This document shows positions 30,371 through 38,002 of a DNA stretch of 64,000 bases, piece by piece. Position 1 is the stretch's first letter, and each line of letters begins with the position of its first letter. A model generated the notes under the pieces. The model made no database searches and was not told the origin of the DNA. It worked only from the letters and a program-made list of their open reading frames with translations. The stretch comes from an uncultured Candidatus Saccharibacteria bacterium (GTDB taxonomy: Bacteria; Patescibacteriota; Minisyncoccia; Phycocordibacterales; UBA918): contig CAYNQD010000001.1 of the NCBI GenBank assembly GCA_964399295.1, positions 335,672 through 399,671 on the forward strand, given 5' to 3'. Both the position numbers and the translations under genes were made by a program.

Positions 30371-31234
30371 TCAAGCTTTTTTTCTGTACAATAAATTGGT
30401 TTTTTGATGTATGGATGCATATGCCATTGCAGTTTTGATAGCATTACTAAAATCAATATCAGTACTTAAACCAACTAAATAACCACCAAGAAATATATCA
30501 CCAGAACCTATTTCACTTTCATTCTTTGCAATATGTTGGTTTGGCAATATAAATTCAGAATATTCTCCGTTTTTATCAACTACTAAAACCTTCTTTGATG
30601 CTTGAGTTATCACAAGACGGCACTTTATATCATTTTGTAAATCTATAAGGTTTTTCTTGGTAATTTTTGTTATAGGTACGTTCAGAATACTAGAAAGCTC
30701 TTTTATATTTATTTTTAAAGTATGTGGCAAAATCTTTTTTAAGGCTTCTACGTTAAAAGTTGTCGTATCCAAAATTTTTTTACACCGAATATCTGAAACT
30801 AATTTTGTGAGTAAACTATAATCTGCATCCCCCTTCAGGAATGGAGTCGACCCAGCTATCACAAGATAATCTTCTTCTCCAATAATTCCTTTAATTTTAT
30901 TGAAAAACTGCTCAATATTAGAGTATGAGGCTACTGATTTACTACGAATATGCGAAACCAACTGAGAATTTTTATAGATAGTAAAGTTTTGACGTATAGA
31001 TCCTTCATGAAAAAAGAACTCATGCTCTTCCCTTGAGACACTTTCAAAAGGTATTTTTCCAGAAAAAACTAACGAACAGAAATTTATATTATTAATAATA
31101 AGAGGCTTAGCCGAATTTATAGCCTTACTTGCTAAAAAATACTCAACTTTTTGTGCAATACAATCTCTACTACCAAACTCGTCAACTTCTATCTTTGTGT
31201 CTATGGCAGGATTTAATGTTATTAAATAAATCAC
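30371..31234 (-). CDS. PfkB-family carbohydrate kinase (1-phosphofructokinase/tagatose-6-phosphate kinase-like)
   Basis: N-terminus MIYLITLNPAIDTKIEVDEF is typical of FruK/LacC. PfkB signature GSGDIFLGGYLVG near the C-terminus. Strongly AT-rich. Confidence 0.7.
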   Translation of the reverse strand: MIYLITLNPAIDTKIEVDEFGSRDCIAQKVEYFLASKAINSAKPLIINNINFCSLVFSGKIPFESVSREEHEFFFHEGSIRQNFTIYKNSQLVSHIRSKSVASYSNIEQFFNKIKGIIGEEDYLVIAGSTPFLKGDADYSLLTKLVSDIRCKKILDTTTFNVEALKKILPHTLKINIKELSSILNVPITKITKKNLIDLQNDIKCRLVITQASKKVLVVDKNGEYSEFILPNQHIAKNESEIGSGDIFLGGYLVGLSTDIDFSNAIKTAMAYASIHQKTNLLYRKKA

Positions 31235-32277
31235 GCTAATATTATATCAGTTTGATGATTATCAAAGTATTTTTGGTAATCTTTAAGTAGCCTGCCACCA
31301 TTAGTTTCAGCTGATATAATCTTTATATTCTCATTAAATTCTGCAAAAATTTGCGATTGTCTTAATCCAAACTTATCTTCAGTGCAGACTATATACTTTG
31401 ACTTGCAATATCTAAGTAATGAGGCTTTCGCACGCTTTTCTCCAGAATCTGCTGTTGTAAACCCAACATTCTTTAAAATTCCATTGGTTCCCACGAAGCC
31501 TATATCCGCGCCGCCTAATGACGGTAAAACTTTGTCAAAATCATGAAAAATATCTTCTTCCACACTTTCGTTGTCGTCCACAATTGCCATTGTGTTAAGC
31601 CTTACTCTGCCACCTATAATAAATAATCTAAACATAGGATCATGATCTTCGAGTCCTAATTCGCTACATGCCGTCACAATTGCATCGGCGACCAAGAAAG
31701 AGCTGGTTACCACAGTAATCTTTCTCAACGAATGGTCTTTAAAGCCTTTTGCGATTAGCTTAGCTATTTCTAGGGTAGTAGTACCAGCATCTAATGCCAC
31801 CACATCACCTGACTTAATAAACGAATAAGCTTTTTCTGCGATCTTTCTTTTTTCGTGCCGTCCTATATTTTTCTTCCACGATATATGTTCCTCATGTATA
31901 AATAAATTATCGTGCTCTCGCACCAATCCTGGAAGCTTATCTTGGACAATTAGTGCAGATAGTGCTTTTTGAAAAGCTTCGAAATCTAGTTCTGTCTCTT
32001 TTCTATCCACTAGTCTTTTATGAAGATCAAATACTGTTATTGGATCGTCTTTTTGATATGGTCTAACTACGTTTAATATTGTTGCTGCTTGTGTTTTTAA
32101 AAGTCTTTCTGTTTCCTCGAGTGCGGTCTCCGGCTCAATTGTATTTTCTTCAATGACAAATGATTTTCTGAGCTTTTGAATAAATTTAAACTTTTTATTT
32201 ATATACAACCCAATCAATGCGCAAACGGCTGTCACTATCGTGGTAATTATTGCTGCCGTAGCTGTATCAATGAACAT
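31231..32277 (-). CDS. DeoR-family-like regulator (sugar-phosphate sensor domain) with N-terminal transmembrane helix
   Basis: DeoR C-terminal effector-domain pattern (SGDVVALDAGTTTLEIAKLIA...ITVVTSSFLVA). N-terminal 25 aa hydrophobic. 4-nt overlap with the kinase gene. Confidence 0.55.
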   Translation of the reverse strand: MFIDTATAAIITTIVTAVCALIGLYINKKFKFIQKLRKSFVIEENTIEPETALEETERLLKTQAATILNVVRPYQKDDPITVFDLHKRLVDRKETELDFEAFQKALSALIVQDKLPGLVREHDNLFIHEEHISWKKNIGRHEKRKIAEKAYSFIKSGDVVALDAGTTTLEIAKLIAKGFKDHSLRKITVVTSSFLVADAIVTACSELGLEDHDPMFRLFIIGGRVRLNTMAIVDDNESVEEDIFHDFDKVLPSLGGADIGFVGTNGILKNVGFTTADSGEKRAKASLLRYCKSKYIVCTEDKFGLRQSQIFAEFNENIKIISAETNGGRLLKDYQKYFDNHQTDIILA

Positions 32278-32509
32278 TTCAGATACCCATAATTTTCTGA
32301 ATATAATTAAGCAAGTATAACCACTGTCAGATATCCCGTGAACAAGAAAGTTAAATCAAATTAAACAATAGTTTTTTTATAAAGAAAATTTGTATAGGAA
32401 ATGTAAATTTGATTAAGCAACTTTCTTATTTGAAGAACTATCTGGCTGTTCCTTACCATGAATCAATTTAAATATCTTCTCAGTCTCCACCCTTGACACG
32501 TTTTTAAAA

Positions 32510-32542
32510 GTTCGAGATGTGGCTCGGTATGGTTCACAAAAC
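32510..32542 (+). repeat. right copy of ~32-bp imperfect direct repeat flanking the AT-rich fru-like island
   Basis: See 30226-30257. Confidence 0.6.
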
Positions 32543-32633
32543 GAGACTTCGTCTCGACACAACGAGCGCGGCGAAGCCGCGCGAGCAGAACAGGCAGGAT
32601 GTAAGATTTTTGAATATAAAAAACCCTCCGCGA

Positions 32634-32672
32634 GCATAAGCTAACGGAGGGCATAAACTTTTTTAGGGATTT
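32634..32672. terminator. bidirectional terminator-like hairpin (ccctccg...cggaggg) with flanking A/T runs
   Basis: 7-bp GC stem with a 14-nt loop. aaaaaa upstream and tttttt downstream. Likely terminates the minus-strand gene 32816-33787. Confidence 0.5.
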
Positions 32673-32815
32673 AAATAGGCCCGACGACTTCTCAACAAAA
32701 AGAACAAACAGCTAAATATCGCCAGATCCATAGTCCACTATAAAGCATTCTTAAAAGTTGTCAATGAGAATTTTTGAACAACAAACAACTCCAGTAAAAC
32801 TTTTCAATTACACAA

Positions 32816-33787
32816 CTAATTGGTAGTTACAAACGATTCCACGTTGCTGCAAGCAATATTTTTATTATCTCTACTGTCCAGATATTCAACACAGGCTCGA
32901 TAATAATATTTCGTGGCTTTGACCATGCCGGAAATTCTACCTGAAATCGTCGTGCGTTCTTTCACGTCTTTGGCGACTATTTGCTTGGTCAAGCTTTCAC
33001 CGCGAACGATTGGGATAGCGTCATAATTATCATAATTATTGATCCTAGATACATCTGAACTGTTTAATGATTTTACGTAAAACACCGTACCAGCGTCATA
33101 ATTGTTCATGTTGATAAAACTCTTCACTTCAGCGGTGTTGGCCGTGATATTTATCACCCCTTCGGTCTCAACTACGGGACGACTGGCAGAAGTGGAGGTC
33201 AAAGCTTGTCTAACAGTGGTAAAACTTCTAATTTCACCATAAATCACATCCCCACCCTCATCTTCCAAGACCGCTCGATAATTGTAGGTAGTGCCGGGAT
33301 TTATGTTGGTGATACGAATTTTTTGAGCCGCTTCCCTTGCTCCGGTAAAGTTAAATCTTTCTGAACTGAGGTTTAGAGAGTTTCCGGTTCCGTATTGGAA
33401 GAAAAGTTCGGCGTATTTTGAGCTGCCTTTATCAATTTTTGCTTGCAACTCAGCGGTGTTGCGACCTACAGCCGAGGCCGCCATTGTCGTTACCTGCATA
33501 AAATGAGGGTTATTTGAGCGACGAGTCGGTACTGATGGTGACACCGGAGATACAACAGAAGCTCTTTCTCGTTCGGCTTTCATTTGGAGTAACATAGCCA
33601 ACTGCAGCTGCAAATGCAGCAATTGCAGACGCAAACTGGTAATTCTAGCTTCTTCAACTGATTGAGCGCTGGAAACGGTATTGGCTCTAGCGATATTGAG
33701 GCTTGAATTAAAGCCAATCATCGACACCACAAAAGCAACGATAAGGAATAAAGCCACCTGCTTCCTCAGAAAAAGATTGGTAAACAT
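32816..33787 (-). CDS. hypothetical secreted/membrane-anchored protein with FN3-like beta-rich repeats
   Basis: 323 aa. N-terminal TM/signal anchor, Leu/Gln coiled-coil, then beta-rich segments (GTTYNYRAVLEDEGGDVIYGEIRSFTT; ATKYYYRACVEY). Confidence 0.45.
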   Translation of the reverse strand: MFTNLFLRKQVALFLIVAFVVSMIGFNSSLNIARANTVSSAQSVEEARITSLRLQLLHLQLQLAMLLQMKAERERASVVSPVSPSVPTRRSNNPHFMQVTTMAASAVGRNTAELQAKIDKGSSKYAELFFQYGTGNSLNLSSERFNFTGAREAAQKIRITNINPGTTYNYRAVLEDEGGDVIYGEIRSFTTVRQALTSTSASRPVVETEGVINITANTAEVKSFINMNNYDAGTVFYVKSLNSSDVSRINNYDNYDAIPIVRGESLTKQIVAKDVKERTTISGRISGMVKATKYYYRACVEYLDSRDNKNIACSNVESFVTTN

Positions 33788-34159
33788 AATTTATATTTAT
33801 AGTTTATAATCTCGTCATTATACCATGGTTTTATGCGCTTAAAACACGACCTTATAAACATGCCAAACAAAGGTCTTTCTTCACAAAAAAAATAAAACAA
33901 CAACTCTTGTGAGTCGTTGTTTTATTTTAATAGGTAAATTCTATTGATTGATAGAACCCCAATAGTGCCCGACAGTGAAAGTAATAGCCAAAACTACAAA
34001 CCCCATCATCATCATATCAGTTGATATATTTTTCATTTTAAAATTTTCAGATTAAATAATAACCTGCCTCCATTATAACACCACAACTCAGGATATTACA
34101 CAACGCACGTTGAATAAACTTAAAGCTGCCTCATTGTCATAATTTTTAGTAGCTTCATA

Positions 34160-34726
34160 TCAATCTAACACCGAATGAATTTCCACTTCAGAAATAGAAC
34201 CCTCTCGTAAAATATCGACATTTCCTTCAACTATCTTGACAATCGTAGAAACCCGGCCCGAGCGCGCGCCGTCATCGTGTACTTCGTCAATCAAAACCGC
34301 GTCTGGCCCGAATTGTTTTAAAATCTCCGGTACTGTCGCAAGAGTCGGAAAATGACTTTTGTTGGCACTGGTACAGGTAAGAGGAGCTTTGTGATTATCC
34401 ATAAATTTAGCAATGAGCTTGCGGGCTACCAAGTCGGAAGAAACGCGAAAACCAATAGTGCCGTCTAAAGCTGTCAGAGGGCGCGGGACTTCGTCCCGCG
34501 CCCTTAGCACCAAAGTCAACGGCCCAGGCAAAAACTTCTCCGCCAATAATTTTGCTTTAGTATCCATATGAGCATATCTTTCAATATCAGCCAGATCACG
34601 AACTAGGATGCTCATGGTTTTTTCCAACCCTCTCTCCTTTAAGGAAAACAGACTAGCAACGGCTTTAGCATCAAAAGCGTTGGCACCAAGAGCATAGACG
34701 GTTTCGGTTGGATAAAGAATAACCAT
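34160..34726 (-). CDS. tsaC: L-threonylcarbamoyladenylate synthase TsaC (YrdC/Sua5 family), short N-terminus
   Basis: YPTETVYALG motif at residues 5-14, YrdC fold through ...STIVKIVEGN. An in-frame stop two codons upstream prevents extension. Confidence 0.8.
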   Translation of the reverse strand: MVILYPTETVYALGANAFDAKAVASLFSLKERGLEKTMSILVRDLADIERYAHMDTKAKLLAEKFLPGPLTLVLRARDEVPRPLTALDGTIGFRVSSDLVARKLIAKFMDNHKAPLTCTSANKSHFPTLATVPEILKQFGPDAVLIDEVHDDGARSGRVSTIVKIVEGNVDILREGSISEVEIHSVLD

Positions 34727-34824
34727 GGTATTTTTAATGGTACCAAATTAATTTCACAATATCACTTTTTTAAAATTCACTTCCAAAAAAATATTTTTAT
34801 TGTATACTCATTATTGCCCCATTC

Positions 34825-34900
34825 GTCCGGTTAGCTCAGCTGGTAGAGCGCTACATTGACATTGTAGAGGTCACAGGTTCAAGTCCTGTATCGGACACCA
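34825..34900 (+). tRNA. tRNA-Val (GAC), CCA encoded
   Basis: Acceptor GTCCGGT/ATCGGAC, anticodon stem-loop CTACA-TTGACAT-TGTAG, T-arm ACAGG-TTCAAGT-CCTGT, ACCA end. TATACT -10-like box about 15 nt upstream. Confidence 0.85.
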
Positions 34901-35027
34901 GAACAATACTAGTCGGCTTTTTCAAAGCCATAAACCGCAAACAGGGTGTTGAGGGTGGAGTTAGAATTGAAGCAGTGCAACTGGAAATAACGTAAGTTTC
35001 GTTGTATAATGTTGCTAACAAAAATTT

Positions 35028-36197
35028 ATGCTCATTTTATCCATCGAGACCAGTTGCGATGAAACCGCTGTTAGTATTATTGAAGCAGTTGGTGATTTTC
35101 CCAACGCCAAATACGAAGTGCTTGGTGATGCCCTTTTTTCGCAGATAGACACACATCGTGAGTATGGCGGAGTCTTTCCCGCTCTAGCCAAACGTGAGCA
35201 CATTGCTACCATCTTACCGATGCTGGAGCAAGCTCTGCGCGAAGCCAAGTTAAAACCCGGCTTTTCTCCCACCTTAACACCAAGCCAAAAGGAGCAAGTA
35301 CATATCTCGCTTAGCCGTGAACATGGTTTGGCCGATCAGGTGATCAATTTTTATGACAGTTTTGGCTTGCCACCAATTGATTTGATAGCGGTCACTAGCG
35401 GCCCCGGACTGGAGCCGGCTTTGTGGGTGGGCGTAAATTTTGCCAAAACTTTAGCCTATTTATGGAACACTCCAATCGTGTCCGTAAACCACATGGAGGG
35501 GCATGTTTTGGCTTCAATTTTTGACGGCTACAAATTAGCGCCCGTGCGATTCCCCGCTATTTCTTTGTTGGTGTCTGGCGGTCATACCGAATTGATACTG
35601 ATGGAAGATTGGGTACAATATAAAAAAGTGGGCCAAACCAAGGACGACGCTGTCGGTGAAGCTTTTGATAAAGTCGCTAGATTGCTGGGTTTGCCCTATC
35701 CTGGCGGGCCGCAGATTAGCGTTTTGGCGCAAAAAGCTAGGGATGAAAACCTCCCGCAATTCGCGGATTTGCCCAGACCAATGATTCATTCTGACAACCT
35801 GGATTTTTCTTTCTCCGGACTAAAGACCGCCGTCTTGTATAAAGTAAAAGATAAGACTCTGACAGATAATGACAAGAAAGCCTTGGCCCGAGATTTTGAA
35901 GAGGCTGCTGTCGAGGTGCTAGTCAAAAAACTAACCAAAGCCATAAATAAATTTTCCATTAAAAGTGTAATTTTGGGCGGCGGCGTGTCGGCCAATACAC
36001 AGTTGCGAGCGGCCGTCTCCTCTCTCAATTCCCCGCTTTTGTTTCCCCATCTGAATATCTACCTGCCAAAACCAGAACTTTCCACCGACAACAGCATAAT
36101 GATTGCCCTAGCCGGACATGCCAAAATAAAAGATGCAATATCCGCTCGGGAGTTTTCTGATACAGTAAAAGCCGACGGTAATCTTTCCCTAGGTTGA
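35028..36197 (+). CDS. tsaD: tRNA N6-adenosine threonylcarbamoyltransferase TsaD (Kae1/Gcp)
   Basis: N-terminus ILSIETSCDETAVSI, metal-binding His pair (NHMEGHVL), ASKH fold. 389 aa. Confidence 0.88.
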   Translation: MLILSIETSCDETAVSIIEAVGDFPNAKYEVLGDALFSQIDTHREYGGVFPALAKREHIATILPMLEQALREAKLKPGFSPTLTPSQKEQVHISLSREHGLADQVINFYDSFGLPPIDLIAVTSGPGLEPALWVGVNFAKTLAYLWNTPIVSVNHMEGHVLASIFDGYKLAPVRFPAISLLVSGGHTELILMEDWVQYKKVGQTKDDAVGEAFDKVARLLGLPYPGGPQISVLAQKARDENLPQFADLPRPMIHSDNLDFSFSGLKTAVLYKVKDKTLTDNDKKALARDFEEAAVEVLVKKLTKAINKFSIKSVILGGGVSANTQLRAAVSSLNSPLLFPHLNIYLPKPELSTDNSIMIALAGHAKIKDAISAREFSDTVKADGNLSLG

Positions 36198-36242
36198 TAA
36201 ATTTGCATTCTGATTAAATTCAGTATATAAATCAGATTAGTT

Positions 36243-36265
36243 ACAGGACTTTCGTCCTGTTTTTT
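36243..36265 (+). terminator. rho-independent terminator after tsaD
   Basis: acaggac-tttc-gtcctgt followed by ttttt. Confidence 0.75.
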
Positions 36266-36351
36266 AAAGCCAAATCCCCGTGAAGGGCCGGCGTACTTTT
36301 GACCTTGTGTCAATTCCCCCGTACGCCGCCCCTTCACGGGGATTTGGCTTT
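36266..36351. repeat. 31-bp near-perfect inverted repeat (one mismatch) with 24-nt loop
   Basis: aaagccaaatccccgtgaagggccggcgtac ...loop... gtacgccgccccttcacggggatttggcttt. Confidence 0.7.
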
Positions 36352-36779
36352 TCACAAATTCAGTGTAACATTTTTTGACAAATAAAAATCTCTGTTCTGC
36401 ACTACTAAAAATAACTACTAAAAATTGACAGCAGATGCTGGAAGTATAAAATTAAGCGACGTTACATTCTGGAGGGGGAACCATTTGTACACGAACCGAT
36501 ATGTCTTTACGTGAACAAACAACACAACCCTGTTTAAAAAAATATTTATTTCGACTTGCTTTCGCGTGCAAGTTTTTTTGTGTCTGTAGATTCACAAAAG
36601 ACCTTTCTACTTTTTACATTAAGGTCTGAGTTCAAAAAATAAAAACTTCGATCTTAATGTGAACAGTACCTAGTATCTGTTCACGAGTTGGTTCCGTAAT
36701 AATTCATACGAGCAACCATTGTATGAATTAAAACCAAACCAACCAAAATTATTATCTAGATTAATAAATAAATTTATTT

Positions 36780-37538
36780 ATGACACACACAAAATACAAC
36801 AACACCAAGTCAATGCTTATCGTTGGCAGTATTGTTACTTTGAGCATGCTTGCTTTTGTTAGTCCAGCATCAGCTGACCGTTCTTCAAGCAAGTCAACCG
36901 GCTCAAACACTAGCAGCGTTACAGTTAGTACTGAAAACAATGCTTTCGTGTTAAATGAGGTTGTAGTAGTGGCCAGCACTGGCAACAACAACATCGACGG
37001 TGGCAACACTGGACGAGCTGGAAATGGTGGTGACGCTAAAGGCAGTCGCGCCAACGCCGGTGACGGTGGTACTTCTGGATCAAGCAGCAATGACGGAGCC
37101 ATTGGTACTGGCGACGCTACAGCGATTGGTACTGTACAGAATGACATCAACAGCAATCGTACAAATGTAACTATTGACTGTGGTTGTGTTAGCAAAAAAG
37201 GCAAGAATGACAAAAATAGCGACAAGCTTGTTGTCTGGACAGGAAACAACGCCGTCCTTGCTAATGGTCTAGCCGTAGCCGCTGAAACTGGAAACAATGA
37301 CATCGACGGCGGAACAACTGGTAAAGCTGGAAATGGTGGTGACGCTACATCTAATGACAACAAGTCAAAGGACAAGCGTGACAACAAGAAGAACAGCACT
37401 ACTGGTGCTGCCAATGCTGGAAATGGTGGTAACACTGGTTCTACAGACAATTACGGGACTATCGTAACTGGTGATTCCCTTTCTGATGGATTGGTAGTAA
37501 ACGTTGTAAACCGCAACGTTACTCGTGTTGCTCGATAA
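36780..37538 (+). CDS. secreted repeat protein (Gly/Asn/Thr-rich, TGNN-IDGG-TG-AGNGGDA repeats)
   Basis: Signal peptide (...SPASA-D). Internal duplications ASTGNNNIDGGNTGRAGNGGDA and AETGNNDIDGGTTGKAGNGGDA. Shares the TGD..NV.N.N motif with the large downstream protein. Confidence 0.6.
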   Translation: MTHTKYNNTKSMLIVGSIVTLSMLAFVSPASADRSSSKSTGSNTSSVTVSTENNAFVLNEVVVVASTGNNNIDGGNTGRAGNGGDAKGSRANAGDGGTSGSSSNDGAIGTGDATAIGTVQNDINSNRTNVTIDCGCVSKKGKNDKNSDKLVVWTGNNAVLANGLAVAAETGNNDIDGGTTGKAGNGGDATSNDNKSKDKRDNKKNSTTGAANAGNGGNTGSTDNYGTIVTGDSLSDGLVVNVVNRNVTRVAR

Positions 37539-37648
37539 TTGACAACTAGGTAGATAAATACCAAATTTATCTGTAGAAGTGGGTCTTTGACCCTACTTCT
37601 ACCAAAATCTGGTCAAAGCTATTGACAAGATTTTGGTGAGAGGTATAA

Positions 37649-38002
37649 GTGAATGTTAATATGTATAGAATATTTGGAGGTTTGTTTTTGTTGCTGCTGG
37701 TAATGCCGCTTTCCACGGAAGCTAGCGTTGCGGTGAGCAATTCAGTTTCGGTGTCGTCATCTGGTGACGGGGTTAGTACCATGCATGTAAAAACCATTAG
37801 CAATGGCGAAGTCGTTGAAAATACAAGCATATCTACCACCACTCCTTTTCATTACCATTCCAGCTACACGACTGAAGACGGATTAAAGACTTCACTTCAG
37901 ACTTCCGACATTGAAAAACTAGAAACAATCAAAAAATTACTAGCATTATTAAACGAACTTCAGACTTTGATGGCTCTGTATGAAAAAATCTATGCTAAAT
38001 AA
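37649..38002 (+). CDS. hypothetical small secreted protein (signal peptide)
   Basis: 117 aa. Hydrophobic N-terminus, Ser/Thr-rich middle, helical C-terminus. Overlaps the start of the next gene by 23 nt. Coding status uncertain. Confidence 0.35.
   Translation: MNVNMYRIFGGLFLLLLVMPLSTEASVAVSNSVSVSSSGDGVSTMHVKTISNGEVVENTSISTTTPFHYHSSYTTEDGLKTSLQTSDIEKLETIKKLLALLNELQTLMALYEKIYAK

Noticed and set aside
32543-32582. Two small GC hairpins (cgagacttcgtctcg; gcgcggc-gaa-gccgcgc) adjacent to the right-hand direct repeat
   Set aside because: No basis to assign a function such as an ncRNA or riboswitch; the neighbouring terminator-like hairpin is recorded separately.
33966-34061. 31-aa hydrophobic minus-strand micro-ORF (MKNISTDMMMMGFVVLAITFTVGHYWGSINQ)
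   Set aside because: Too short to support from sequence alone; no conservation evidence available.
36761-37450. 229-aa minus-strand ORF antisense to the first repeat protein, and 38072-38404 minus
   Set aside because: Low-complexity Pro/Leu/Ser-rich antisense translation of a repeat-rich gene.
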